Source: Gammaproteobacteria bacterium (GTDB taxonomy: Bacteria; Pseudomonadota; Gammaproteobacteria; JABABF01). From it: a stretch of 64,000 nucleotides of DNA. Where the stretch lies: the NCBI GenBank assembly GCA_965237805.1, contig OZ250153.1:96001-160000 (forward strand), in the 5' to 3' direction. The position numbers and the translations under genes were made by a program. The notes beneath the pieces are model-generated. The model saw only the letters and a list, made by a program, of their open reading frames with translations, ran no database searches and was not told the DNA's origin. Positions 41,748 to 51,898 of the stretch are shown piece after piece. The number at the start of each line of letters is the position of its first letter. Position 1 is the stretch's first letter.

Positions 41748-43046
41748 ATGCTCGATCTAAAACAACTGCGCGACGCGCCAGTGGAGGTGGCGAAGCGCCT
41801 CGCCGAGCGCGGCCACACGCTGGACATAGCGGCCTTTACGGCGCTCGATACCGAGCGGCGACAGGCGGATATCGCCAGCCAGCAAATGCAGGCTGAGCGC
41901 CGCAGCACATCGAAGCACATCGGCGACTTGGTGCGCGGCGGCATGTCGGCGCAGGAGGCGCGACAGAGCCAAGAGGCGACGCTGCAAAAAATTGCCAGTC
42001 AACTCGAGCAACTCGAGGCTCGCAGTCGCGAATTAAATGGCCAGATCGAACGCTTCATTGCCCTCATCCCAAATCCACCGCATACGCAGACCCCCGACGG
42101 TCTGGCCGAGGAGGACAACCCCGAAGTGCTGCGCTGGGGCGAGCCGCGCCTCTCTGACGATGGCTTGCGCGACCATATCAGCTTGGGCGGGGAGGGGGCA
42201 CTCAATCTTGAGCGCGCCGCCGTTTTGGCTGGTTCCCGCTTTGCTGTGCTTGAGGGGGTACTCGCACGCCTGCACCGTGCGCTCAGCCAATTGATGCTGG
42301 ATCTGCATACTGAAGAGCACGGCTATCGCGAGCTCTATGTACCCTATTTGGCCAATGCCGAATCGCTGTTCGGCACCGGCCAGCTGCCGAAATTCGAAGA
42401 CGAACTGTTCCGCACGCGGGGGAGGGACGGTTATTACCTGATCCCCACTGGCGAGGTGCCGCTGGCCAATATGTTGCGCGACTGCATTCTGAAACCACAA
42501 CAGATCGCCACGCCGCTGCGCTACACTTGCCACAGCCCCTGTTTTCGCCGCGAGGCTGGCAGCTACGGCCGCGATGTCCGCGGCCTGATTCGCCAACATC
42601 AATTCGACAAAGTCGAACTGGTACAAGTGGCGCGTGCCGAAGATGCCTCGGCGGCGCTGGAGGATATGTGCACCCACGCCGAGGAAGTGTTGCGCCGCTT
42701 GGAGCTGCCTTACCGCAAGGTGGTTTTGTGCGCTGGCGAATTGAGTTTCGCCGCCTGTCGCGGCTACGATCTCGAGGTATGGATGGCGGCCAGCGCTCGC
42801 TATAGGGAAATCTCCTCGTGTAGCGACTGCGGCGACTTTCAAGCGCGGCGACTGATGGCTCGCTGGCGAGATCCCGAGCGCGGTGACTTGGCCTATCTGC
42901 ATACGCTGAACGGTTCTGGTGTCGCCGTCGGACGGTGTTTGGCGGCGTTGATGGAACAACATCAGCGTGCCGATGGCAGTATCGCGGTACCGGTTGCGCT
43001 GCGCCGCTATATGGGCGGTGCCGACAGCATCCGACCGGGCGACTGA
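41748..43046 (+). CDS. serS: Serine--tRNA ligase
   Basis: GTGQLPKF, LIPTGEVP, CFR.EAGSYG, HQFDKVE, REISSCS, HTLNGSG. Confidence 0.97.
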   Translation: MLDLKQLRDAPVEVAKRLAERGHTLDIAAFTALDTERRQADIASQQMQAERRSTSKHIGDLVRGGMSAQEARQSQEATLQKIASQLEQLEARSRELNGQIERFIALIPNPPHTQTPDGLAEEDNPEVLRWGEPRLSDDGLRDHISLGGEGALNLERAAVLAGSRFAVLEGVLARLHRALSQLMLDLHTEEHGYRELYVPYLANAESLFGTGQLPKFEDELFRTRGRDGYYLIPTGEVPLANMLRDCILKPQQIATPLRYTCHSPCFRREAGSYGRDVRGLIRQHQFDKVELVQVARAEDASAALEDMCTHAEEVLRRLELPYRKVVLCAGELSFAACRGYDLEVWMAASARYREISSCSDCGDFQARRLMARWRDPERGDLAYLHTLNGSGVAVGRCLAALMEQHQRADGSIAVPVALRRYMGGADSIRPGD

Positions 43047-43059
43047 CAGGCGGTTCGCG

Positions 43060-44436
43060 GTGCGCTACCTGCCGCTGTGCCTCGATCTGAGAGGTCGCCG
43101 ATGCCTGCTATTGGGCGCTGGCGACGCTGCGCATCGACGCGCTGAATTGCTACTGCGCACCGGTGCCCAGCTGCGGCTGGTGGCACCGGCAATCGCCCCA
43201 TCTTTGGCAGCGGTGGTGAGCGCCAGCGGTGGCAGCTGCCACCAGCGCGACTACTGCGAGCAAGATTTGGAGTCAGTGGTGCTGGCTGTCGGTGCCAGTG
43301 GCGATGAGCTGCTTGATCAGCGCTTAGCTGCAGATGCCAGCCGCCGTGGCATCTTGGTCAATATCGTCGATCGCAGTGAATTGTGCAGCGCCATATTCCC
43401 AGCCATCATCGACCGATCGCCTTTTTTGATCAGCGTCACCAGCGGTGCTGAGGCGCCGGGGCTGAGCCGTGCTCTACGCGGGCGGCTTGAGGCTTGCTTG
43501 CCCGAGCATTGGCGCACGCTGGGCGATTTTGCCTCCGGGCTTAGGGAGTCAGTGCGTCGGCGTCTGCCGGAGGCCACACGCCGACGGCGCTTCTGGGAAT
43601 GGCTGGCGGATGGTCCTGTCGCCTCGCTGCTGGCAGCTGGCCGCCGCGAGGATGCCGCGCTGGCTGCCGAAAAGGCCTTGGCGGAGGGGGAGGGGGCGGT
43701 GTCTCAGGGCGAGGTATTCTTGGTCGGTGCCGGTCCGGGGGATCCCGATTTGTTGACTTTGCGTGCGCTCCAGCTGTTGCAATCCGCCGACATCATTTTC
43801 TATGACCGCTTGGTGAGCGATGCCGTGTTGGAGCGCGCACGGCGCGATGCCGAGCGGGTCTGCGTCGGCAAAGCGCCGAAATCCCACTCCGTGCCCCAAG
43901 AGCAGATCAATCAATTATTGATCGAGCGGGCGCGCTCCGGGCAGCGCGTGTTGCGACTCAAGGGCGGCAACCCCTTCATTTTTGGGCGCGGTGGCGAGGA
44001 GATCGAACAGTTGGCCGCCGCAGGCATTCCATTTCAAATCGTGCCCGGCATAGGTGCCGCAGAGGGGGCCGCTTGCCATGCGGGTATTCCGTTGACGCAT
44101 CGCGACTGCGCCGATTCGGTACGCTTCCTGTCGGGGCATTTGCGCGACGGCAGCTGTGATGCGCCGTGGGCACAGCTGATGGAGCCGCGTCAGACCTTGG
44201 TGTTCTACATGGCGCTCGGTGCACATGCGGAAATCTGTGGGCAGCTGATCGCTCACGGCATGGCCGCTGAGCGGCCAGCGGCACTGGTCGAGCGCGCCAC
44301 CATGCCAGACCAGCGCGTCACAGCCGCCACGCTGCACACATTGCCCGAGCAGCTGGCTGCCGATGTGTCCGGGCCAGCGCTGTTGATCATCGGCGAAGTG
44401 ATCGCCAAGCGCCGCATGCTCGCCTGGCGCAGCTAG
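43060..44436 (+). CDS. cysG: Siroheme synthase
   Basis: N-terminal dehydrogenase/chelatase, PAIIDRSP, LVGAGPGDPDLLT, FGRGGEE, GIPLTHR. Confidence 0.95.
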   Translation: MRYLPLCLDLRGRRCLLLGAGDAAHRRAELLLRTGAQLRLVAPAIAPSLAAVVSASGGSCHQRDYCEQDLESVVLAVGASGDELLDQRLAADASRRGILVNIVDRSELCSAIFPAIIDRSPFLISVTSGAEAPGLSRALRGRLEACLPEHWRTLGDFASGLRESVRRRLPEATRRRRFWEWLADGPVASLLAAGRREDAALAAEKALAEGEGAVSQGEVFLVGAGPGDPDLLTLRALQLLQSADIIFYDRLVSDAVLERARRDAERVCVGKAPKSHSVPQEQINQLLIERARSGQRVLRLKGGNPFIFGRGGEEIEQLAAAGIPFQIVPGIGAAEGAACHAGIPLTHRDCADSVRFLSGHLRDGSCDAPWAQLMEPRQTLVFYMALGAHAEICGQLIAHGMAAERPAALVERATMPDQRVTAATLHTLPEQLAADVSGPALLIIGEVIAKRRMLAWRS

Positions 44437-44450
44437 CGGGGACACAGTTG

Positions 44451-45815
44451 ATGTCTGAGCGGGCGGACTGCGATCTTTTTGTCATCGGTGGCGGCTCGGG
44501 CGGTGTGCGTGCTGCCCGCGTCGCGGCGGCGGCCGGTGCTAGGGTGTTACTCGCCGAGCGCGGTGCGTTGGGCGGCAGCTGTGTCAATCTCGGTTGCATC
44601 CCTAAGAAATATATGTATTACGCAGCTGAGTATGGTGCCAGCTTGAAGCAGGCGCAGGACTACGGCTGGCAGGGTGGCGGCGGCGAGGCGAGTTTTGACT
44701 GGCCGTATTTCCTCGCCGCCCGTGATGCCGAGCTGCGGCGGTTGAACGGTGTCTACGAGGCTGGCTTGGCCACTGTGGGTGTGCAGCTGTTGCGCGGTTC
44801 GGCGAGTCTGCGGGGGCCGCACAGCGTGGCGGTGGGCGATCGCGGCTATCGGGCGCAGTCTATTTTGTTGGCCGTGGGAAGCGAACCGTGGTTGCCGTCG
44901 CAGCTGGCGGGGCAGGCGGGGGTGCTGTCCTCGGATGAGTTTTTGCAGCTGCGCCAACTACCCAAACGCTTGGCCGTGGTCGGTGGTGGTTATATCGCGG
45001 TGGAACTGGCTTCGATCATGTCGGGGCTCGGCGTCGACTGCACATTGCTACACCGGGGTGAACTGTTCCTGCGTGGCTTCGACCACGGCCTGTGCGTTTT
45101 TCTGCGCGATGCCCTGCGTGCCACCGGTCTGCAGCTGCGCTTCAATACTGAGGTCGAGGGGCTGAGCGAGCGGGAGGAGGGTATCGAGCTGCGGTTGTCC
45201 CGTGGCGCACCCTTGCGCGTCGACTGTGTGCTGTGTGCCACTGGCCGCCATCCGGCATTAGGTGGTTTGGGGCTGGAGCACAGTGCCGTGACGCTCGATG
45301 CCAGCGGTGCCATTCGCGTCGGTTCCGATTGGCGCAGCGATGAGCCTTCCATATTTGCCGTCGGTGATGCCATCAGCGGTCCGGCGCTGACCCCGGTGGC
45401 GATCGCCGCTGGTGAGGCGCTGGCGCGCCGACTGTTCGAGAATGCTCCTTTGGCACCCGGCTACAGCGAGGTGCCGACCGCGGTCTTCTCGCGTCCCGCG
45501 CTGGCATCTGTCGGACTGAGCGAAGAAGAGGCGAGGGCGCTGCACGGTGATGACATCGTCGTGCGCGAATCTCGTTTTGTGCCGATGAAGCAACAGCTAT
45601 TCAGTGCGCAGCCGATCGCCAACCTGATCAAAATCGTGGCCTTGCCAGGCAGTTCAGCTCGGGTTTTGGGGCTACATATGGTTGGTGCCGACGCACCGGA
45701 GATCATTCAGTCATTGACGGTGGCGATGCAGGCTGGCTGTTGTCTCAGAGAGCTGCAGCAGAGCTTGGCTCTGCATCCGACCACAGCGGAAGAATTTTTG
45801 TTCTGTGCCCGTTGA
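44451..45815 (+). CDS. gor: Glutathione reductase
   Basis: GGGSGG, CVNLGCIPKK, GGGYIAVE, LTPVAI, HPTTAEEF. Confidence 0.92.
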   Translation: MSERADCDLFVIGGGSGGVRAARVAAAAGARVLLAERGALGGSCVNLGCIPKKYMYYAAEYGASLKQAQDYGWQGGGGEASFDWPYFLAARDAELRRLNGVYEAGLATVGVQLLRGSASLRGPHSVAVGDRGYRAQSILLAVGSEPWLPSQLAGQAGVLSSDEFLQLRQLPKRLAVVGGGYIAVELASIMSGLGVDCTLLHRGELFLRGFDHGLCVFLRDALRATGLQLRFNTEVEGLSEREEGIELRLSRGAPLRVDCVLCATGRHPALGGLGLEHSAVTLDASGAIRVGSDWRSDEPSIFAVGDAISGPALTPVAIAAGEALARRLFENAPLAPGYSEVPTAVFSRPALASVGLSEEEARALHGDDIVVRESRFVPMKQQLFSAQPIANLIKIVALPGSSARVLGLHMVGADAPEIIQSLTVAMQAGCCLRELQQSLALHPTTAEEFLFCAR

Positions 45816-45875
45816 GCTGGTGGGATCAGCATCCCGGTGTCCGCTCCATATTTGGCCTAGCTGGGTGGAGCTGTT

Positions 45876-47930
45876 TTACAATTGCCGCAACGCGATGAAA
45901 TCCAACAAAAGTTCGGCGCTTTCGTGCAATAGCGGTTTGGCATCGGCATCGTATTGGCGCAGATCGTTGAGCAATTTGTGCTCTTGCTCGCGCTGCTGAG
46001 ATAGCTGGCGACGCCCTTGCTCCCACAACGGGATGCGTGTGTCTTGTTGCTTGTGTTGTTTGAAGAGCTCGGCGCGCTTTCTGAGGTATTGAAACTCGGG
46101 CTGCTGTGCTGTGCGCACACGGTGCTGCCGACGCAGCTCGGGCAGATAGCGATCGATATCGTAGTAATGGCGATGGCGCACCGAGGCGATGAGATCCCAT
46201 TGCATGGCATTGTCCAAGCTGCTCTCGCCAATTTCAGCAGCATCGTAACTGGGCGGAAAGAGCACATCTGGTTTGATGCCATGCAGTTGAGTGCTGTCTC
46301 CGGAAATGCGGTAGAACTTGGCGTCGGTCAGCCTCACTTGGCCAGCGCTCAGACTTTGCAAAGACTGCACAGTGCCTTTGCCGTAGGAGGGAGTGCCGAT
46401 GATCAGACCGCGGTCGTAATCCTGTATCGCGGCGGTAAAAATCTCGGCAGCGGAAGCGCTGAGACGGTTGATCAGCACCACTAGTGGCCAGTCGTAATAA
46501 GGCCCCCGGCGGATCTTCCCTTGGCGCAGTATGTGGTTGTTGCTCTGGCGCACTTGGACCACCGGGCCTTGGGAGATGAACAGGCCGGTGAGTGCGTTTG
46601 CCTCCTGTAGCGAGCCGCCACCATTGCCGCGCAAATCGATGATCAGGCCGGTGATGCCATCGTCGTGTGCTTGATTTGTTTCGTCTTGCTGACGCATTTC
46701 GCTGAGCAGGCGTAGCACGTCCCGCGTCGTGCTGCGGTAACCGACCTCACCGTTTTCGTAGGCGCGGAAATCCAAATAAAAGGAGGGGATGCGCAGTACG
46801 CCGATGCGGTAGGTGCTACTGCTGCGGCGTAGTTCGATCACTTGGCTCTGTGCGGCTTGGCTCTCCAATTTGACACTATCGCGCACGATCGACACCACCC
46901 GCGTGCCCGTGGCATCAGTGATTTCGGCACCCGGTGCCAATAGCCGCAGACGCACGGTGCTGCCGCGCTCACCGCGTATGCGCGCGACGACATCATCCAG
47001 CCGCCAGCCGGTGACCTGAACGAAGTCGCCAGCGTCCCCTTGGGCGATGGCAACGATATGGTCACCAGCCTTCAATTCCCCTTGATGCTCTGCTGGCCCG
47101 CCCTTGACCAGCTGCACCACCTGGGTGTAATCGCCGTTGCGACGCAGGGTGGCACCGATGCCCTCTAACGATAAGCTCATCGAGATGCGAAAATTTTCAG
47201 AGGATCTTGGTGACATATAATATGTATGTGCATCATATAATTGTGCGTATGAATTAAGGAATAAATTGACCACATCGTCGGCTTTCATTTCGTGCGTACG
47301 ATCGCGTTCGGTCGTGATTTGTTGGCGCAGCTTGATCAATTGTGTCGCTGTGCTCTCGCCGCTGATAATCAATCCCAGCAGTCGGTGTTGTAGGCGTTGT
47401 CGCCAGCGTTCGCTCAATGCGGCATCGTCAGCCGCCCATGGTCGCTTGCCGGGATCGGACAGTAAATATTCTTCGTGTTGCAGCTGCAGAGTCGCCACGC
47501 GTGATTCCAAGCTGGCCAACTCTAAGTCGAGCAGGCTGAGCAGACGCTTGCGATAGTAGTTAAAAATAGTGAAGGCTGGCACCAGATTGCCAGCGCGCAA
47601 GGCATCATCGAGCGATTTTCGGTGTTGGCCAAAGGCGGCGACATCGCTCTTGCGGAACACTAGGCGTTCTCCGTCCACCTTGTCCACATAGCTTGCTAAG
47701 AGGCGCTCGGACAGGGCATCGTCCACTGATATTTTGAGGTAGTGGCGAGCCCGTAAGCGTTGTGTGAGCTCGCGCGTTACCCGCTGGTGTTGCAGGCTTG
47801 GCATCAAATGTTCTACTTTGTTGATAGCGACGGCGGGCGAGTCCTTGGCCATTGCTGTTGTGAAGAGGGCAGTTGCGCAGCTCGCCAACCCGAATGCGAT
47901 GCCCAGCCGCAATCGACGATGATTTAACAT
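45876..47930 (-). CDS. prc: Tail-specific periplasmic protease Prc (S41)
   Basis: Signal peptide, DAHTYY, LEGIGA, PDZ domain, DLRGNGGGSL, SASAAEI, GKGTVQ, KFYRISG; start ATG 47930 (alternatives GTG 47948, TTG 47912). Confidence 0.94.
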   Translation of the reverse strand: MLNHRRLRLGIAFGLASCATALFTTAMAKDSPAVAINKVEHLMPSLQHQRVTRELTQRLRARHYLKISVDDALSERLLASYVDKVDGERLVFRKSDVAAFGQHRKSLDDALRAGNLVPAFTIFNYYRKRLLSLLDLELASLESRVATLQLQHEEYLLSDPGKRPWAADDAALSERWRQRLQHRLLGLIISGESTATQLIKLRQQITTERDRTHEMKADDVVNLFLNSYAQLYDAHTYYMSPRSSENFRISMSLSLEGIGATLRRNGDYTQVVQLVKGGPAEHQGELKAGDHIVAIAQGDAGDFVQVTGWRLDDVVARIRGERGSTVRLRLLAPGAEITDATGTRVVSIVRDSVKLESQAAQSQVIELRRSSSTYRIGVLRIPSFYLDFRAYENGEVGYRSTTRDVLRLLSEMRQQDETNQAHDDGITGLIIDLRGNGGGSLQEANALTGLFISQGPVVQVRQSNNHILRQGKIRRGPYYDWPLVVLINRLSASAAEIFTAAIQDYDRGLIIGTPSYGKGTVQSLQSLSAGQVRLTDAKFYRISGDSTQLHGIKPDVLFPPSYDAAEIGESSLDNAMQWDLIASVRHRHYYDIDRYLPELRRQHRVRTAQQPEFQYLRKRAELFKQHKQQDTRIPLWEQGRRQLSQQREQEHKLLNDLRQYDADAKPLLHESAELLLDFIALRQL
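47211..47270. other. Intragenic AT-rich island in prc
   Basis: 16/60 GC (27%); minus-strand codons AAT TTA TTC CTT AAT TCA TAC GCA CAA TTA TAT GAT GCA CAT ACA TAT TAT. Confidence 0.85.
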
Positions 47931-47949
47931 AATATATATTCTACGCACA
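47922..47949 (-). other. dif site (XerCD chromosome dimer resolution)
   Basis: TGTGCGTAGAA-TATATA-TTATGTTAAAT: XerD arm identical to that of E. coli dif, XerC arm 8/11 to GGTGCGCATAA; KOPS polarity flips across it. Confidence 0.93.
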
Positions 47950-48095
47950 ATCCACTATGGCAGATGTGCCAGTATAGCCGATGGTGGGCTATCAGGGCGT
48001 TTTGGCGGTGCTGGAGCTGCCTTGGATGCCTCCTCACCTATGCTAGAGTACGGGCACCTAGGCCGCGATGGGCGCGGCGATACGGTGCCATCCAT

Positions 48096-49646
48096 ATGTC
48101 TGATCACGACACTCCTCGAAGTTGGGGGCAATCCCTGTTGAGCTCGTTTTTGGGGAATAGCCCGCTTTGGTACAAATACACCATCATCGGCTTCTTGTTG
48201 CTAAACCCGCTGGTGTTGTGGGGCTTGGAGACCTTGCTGCCGTCTGCGAGTGCGCCCAGCTTGGGCATGAGCATCACCGCGTGGATGCTCCTGCTGGAGT
48301 TTATCTTCAGCTTGGCGATGGCGCGGCACTGTTATCCCTTGCAACCCGGTGGCCTGCTGGCGCTGGAGGCGGTGTTCCTCGGTCTCACCAGTCCCGGCCA
48401 TGTTTACCAAGAGCTATTACAGAACTTCGAGGTCCTTTTGTTGTTGATGTTCATGGTCGCGGGTATTTATTTCATGCGCCAGCTGCTGTTGATGCTATTC
48501 AGCCGTCTGTTGGTCTCTGTACCGTCGCAAACCCAGCTGTCGCTGATGTTTTGTGGAATGGCGGCACTGTTGTCGGCCTTTCTCGATGCGCTGACGGTGA
48601 TGGCCGTGCTGATCAGTATCGGTGTCGGCTTCTATCAGGTATACCACCAAGCGGTCACTGGTGTCGCGCTCGATCTGGACGCCCCGCAGCGCGAGGAGCT
48701 GCCAGACAGCGCACGTGTCGACTTGGAACAATTCGCCCGTGCGTTGCGCGGTCTGCTGATGCACGGTGCGGTGGGTACTGCGATCGGCGGTGTGTGCACC
48801 TTGGTCGGCGAACCGCAAAACCTGCTGATCGGCAGTCGTATGTCGTGGCATTTCATGGATTTCTTCTGGCATATGGCACCGGTCACGATGCCGGTGGTGG
48901 TGGTGGGTTTGCTCTGTTGCGTGTTGCTGGAGAGCAGTGGTCGCTTCGGCTACGGCACGGCCATCCCCCAGCGGGTGCACCAATGTCTGCGCGACTATGT
49001 GGCTCAGGAGCACGCCACGCGTACGCCGCGCCAAGCCCATGCGCTGGTCGTGCAGGCTGTTGGTGGCATGTTGCTGGTGGTAGCGCTGGCGCTACATATC
49101 GCGCCGATCGGGCTGATCGGGCTCGGTCTGATCGTGTTTCTGACCGCTTTCAACGGTGTGGTCAATGAGCGCGAGCTGGGGTCAGCCTTCCACGAAGCTC
49201 TGCCTTTCACTGCCTTGTTGGTCGTTTTTTTCGTCATTGTCGCTGTCATCGGCGATCAGCAATTGTTCAGTGCTGCGATCGCTGCAGCGCTGTCCTTGGA
49301 AAGCGCTGGTGCCCAGCGCATCGCTTTTTTCATGAGCAGTGGTGCCCTGTCCATCATCAGCGACAATGTCTTTGTCGCCACCATCTATATGAACGAACTC
49401 TCCGACAGCTTGCGCACCGGTGCCATCAGTCGTGCGCGAGCCGAGGAGCTGGCGGTGGCCATCAATACCGGCACCAACTTGGCCAGCGTCGGCACCCCCA
49501 ATGGTCAGGCGGCCTTCCTGTTTCTGCTGACCTCCAGCTTGGCACCCCTGATTGAACTGTCCTACGGACGCATGGTGTGGATGGCATTGCCCTACACCGT
49601 TGTGCTCAGTCTCTCTGGCCTACTCGCCTTGCGTTTCATGCTCTAG
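48096..49646 (+). CDS. nhaB: Na+/H+ antiporter NhaB
   Basis: FLGNSPLWYK, CYPLQPGG, SAFLDALT, VGEPQN, AINTGTN..SV.TPNGQAAFLFLLTS. Confidence 0.96.
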   Translation: MSDHDTPRSWGQSLLSSFLGNSPLWYKYTIIGFLLLNPLVLWGLETLLPSASAPSLGMSITAWMLLLEFIFSLAMARHCYPLQPGGLLALEAVFLGLTSPGHVYQELLQNFEVLLLLMFMVAGIYFMRQLLLMLFSRLLVSVPSQTQLSLMFCGMAALLSAFLDALTVMAVLISIGVGFYQVYHQAVTGVALDLDAPQREELPDSARVDLEQFARALRGLLMHGAVGTAIGGVCTLVGEPQNLLIGSRMSWHFMDFFWHMAPVTMPVVVVGLLCCVLLESSGRFGYGTAIPQRVHQCLRDYVAQEHATRTPRQAHALVVQAVGGMLLVVALALHIAPIGLIGLGLIVFLTAFNGVVNERELGSAFHEALPFTALLVVFFVIVAVIGDQQLFSAAIAAALSLESAGAQRIAFFMSSGALSIISDNVFVATIYMNELSDSLRTGAISRARAEELAVAINTGTNLASVGTPNGQAAFLFLLTSSLAPLIELSYGRMVWMALPYTVVLSLSGLLALRFML

Positions 49647-49689
49647 GGTGTCAGAGCGCTCGGTAGTGTCTGCATGCGGCACTGGCCGT

Positions 49690-50409
49690 TTAGGGTGCGC
49701 TGCGGTCGCCGGCACCATCCTCGTCCCATTGGCAGTGACCGTTGCGTTGTTGCAGCTCGCTTAGGAAAAGACGGTGTTGCTCCAGCTCCGCCTCGCTGGC
49801 TGCCAGCACCGGCGAGCCGCGGCACACCCTGCCTTTCTGAGCTGCGTGCACCACGCCGGGATTGAGGGTGTCCAAGCGCAGCTGCCCGCGACTCATCGCC
49901 AAGTAGACGCGGGCGAGCAATTGTGCATCGAGCAGCGCACCGTGGCGCTCACGCGCTGAGAGGTCGATTTGGTGGCGGCGGCACAATTCGTTCAGGCTGT
50001 TGCCCTGTCCCGGATGGCGTCGTCGTGCCAGCATCAAGCTGTCGATCACTTTGGCGGCATACTCGCTCAGGCATCGCACATCGCCAGCACGCTTCAATTC
50101 GGCATCGAGAAAGCCGATGTCAAAAGGCGCGTTGTGGGCGATCAGTTCTGCGCCGCTAACAAAGGCAAGGAACTCCTCGCGGATCTCGGCGAAACGCGGT
50201 TGCCCAGAGAGAAAATCGTCGCTGAGGCCGTGCACCGCCAATGCCGCTTCCGACACGGGGCGTTCGGGGTTCAGGAAGACTTGGTATTGCTGTCCCAAGC
50301 GCCGGTCGATGATCTCGACACAGCCGATCTCCACCACCCGGTGCCCTGCCGCCGGATCGAGGCCAGTGGTCTCGGTGTCGATGGCAATTTGGCGGCCAGT
50401 ATGATCCAT
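49690..50409 (-). CDS. dnaQ: DNA polymerase III epsilon subunit
   Basis: DTETTG, HNAPFD, HGALLDA, GQLRL clamp-binding motif. Confidence 0.95.
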   Translation of the reverse strand: MDHTGRQIAIDTETTGLDPAAGHRVVEIGCVEIIDRRLGQQYQVFLNPERPVSEAALAVHGLSDDFLSGQPRFAEIREEFLAFVSGAELIAHNAPFDIGFLDAELKRAGDVRCLSEYAAKVIDSLMLARRRHPGQGNSLNELCRRHQIDLSARERHGALLDAQLLARVYLAMSRGQLRLDTLNPGVVHAAQKGRVCRGSPVLAASEAELEQHRLFLSELQQRNGHCQWDEDGAGDRSAP

Positions 50410-50421
50410 TGCTAACCCACC

Positions 50422-50907
50422 TCAGCCCGCGGGCGGCACGCTGGCGCGAGCCAGCTGATCGACGCGTTCATTTTCCGGGTGCCCGTCGTGGGCACGCACC
50501 CAAGCCCAGCGAACCCGGTGGCGCTGGACTGCCGCGTCCAAGGCGAGCCACAGCTCGACATTTTTGACCGGGCGCTTGGCACTGGTGCGCCAATTGTTGC
50601 GTTTCCAGCGCGGCAACCACTGGGTGATGCCCTGCTGCAGATAACTGGAATCTGTGGTCAGCACCACTTCGGATGGGCGCCGCAGCTGCTCTAGCGCCCG
50701 CAGCGCCGCCGTCATTTCCATCCGGTTATTGGTGGTCTGTGGGTCGCCTCCACACAGCTCCCGTTCCGTTGTGCCATAGCGTAGCAGCGCGGCCCATCCG
50801 CCCGGCCCTGGATTGCCCAAGCAGGAGCCGTCTGTGAAGATCTCGACCACTCCCTTCGCCAGCATCTCCGGCGGCTTATAATCTGTGGTGGGGTGTCGTT
50901 TAGTCAT
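50422..50907 (-). CDS. rnhA: Ribonuclease HI
   Basis: [37 protein letters not shown]. Confidence 0.96.
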   Translation of the reverse strand: MTKRHPTTDYKPPEMLAKGVVEIFTDGSCLGNPGPGGWAALLRYGTTERELCGGDPQTTNNRMEMTAALRALEQLRRPSEVVLTTDSSYLQQGITQWLPRWKRNNWRTSAKRPVKNVELWLALDAAVQRHRVRWAWVRAHDGHPENERVDQLARASVPPAG

Positions 50908-50974
50908 TCGAGCATGGTGGTCGGAGATTGCGCGATCCCATCGATTTGGCCGGGTGCAGGCAATGGGGCGGACG

Positions 50975-51763
50975 ATGTTGGAATTCTACCCGGTGCCCGC
51001 CTTCGAAGATAATTATCTGTGGCTGATCACGCGCGCTGGCAACGACGGGGCTTTTATTGTTGACCCCGGCGATGCGGCACCAGTGATCGCGGAGTTGGCG
51101 CGCCGCAGCTTGTCGCTGGCCGGTATTTTACTGACCCATCACCATTTCGACCACACCGGTGGTATCGATGCCCTGCTGAGCCGCTGGCCGGTACCGGTGG
51201 CGGGCCCCGACAATCCGGTGATTGGGCAGCTGAGCCAAGTGTTGGCCGAGGGCGATCGTGTGTCGGTGCTGGGGGCAGAGTTCGAAGTGTTAGCCGTGCC
51301 CGGTCACACCTTGGATCATATCGCACTGTTCTACCCCGGGGACGGGGGTGGAGAAGCACCCGCCCTGCTCTGTGGAGACACTTTGTTCGCTGGTGGTTGT
51401 GGGCGGTTGTTCGAGGGCACCGCGGCGCAGATGTGGGCATCGTTGTGCAAGCTGGCGCAGCTGCCGGCGGCGACCCGTGTCTACTGCGCTCACGAATACA
51501 CGCTGGCAAACCTGCGCTTTGCGCGTGCAGCTGAGCCGGACAATAGCGATTTGGAGCGGCGTTGGGACGCAGCCGATGCCAGTCGGCGGCAGGGGCAGCC
51601 AACCCTCCCCTCCACCATCGCTCTAGAGCGTGCCACCAATCCCTTTTTGCGCTGCATGGAAATCACCACTGGCTCCGCAATGCCAGCAGAGCTGGGTGCG
51701 GGGCCATTTGATACACCGGAACAGGCTTTTGCCGCCCTGCGTGAGTGGAAAGATCGTTTTTAG
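50975..51763 (+). CDS. gloB: Hydroxyacylglutathione hydrolase (glyoxalase II)
   Basis: [42 protein letters not shown]. Confidence 0.95.
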   Translation: MLEFYPVPAFEDNYLWLITRAGNDGAFIVDPGDAAPVIAELARRSLSLAGILLTHHHFDHTGGIDALLSRWPVPVAGPDNPVIGQLSQVLAEGDRVSVLGAEFEVLAVPGHTLDHIALFYPGDGGGEAPALLCGDTLFAGGCGRLFEGTAAQMWASLCKLAQLPAATRVYCAHEYTLANLRFARAAEPDNSDLERRWDAADASRRQGQPTLPSTIALERATNPFLRCMEITTGSAMPAELGAGPFDTPEQAFAALREWKDRF

Positions 51764-51898
51764 CGGCAATTGCCCAGATCGGTGTGCCGATGGGCGCGTT
51801 TTGCGTCTGATACGATTTGACAACCCCGCGCTATGAGGCCGATAATAGGGCGGATAAGCATTGTCGCACCCCCTCCCCTCCATCAAGAGGATGCTGGA

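Noticed and set aside
40490-42962. Long antisense ORFs (e.g. 40490-41446, 42033-42962)
   Set aside because: Shadows of rarA and serS in GC-rich DNA with no recognisable motifs.
47205-47235. Degenerate second dif-like site in the prc AT island
   Set aside because: Poor XerD arm match and wrong spacer length; expected by chance in AT-rich DNA.
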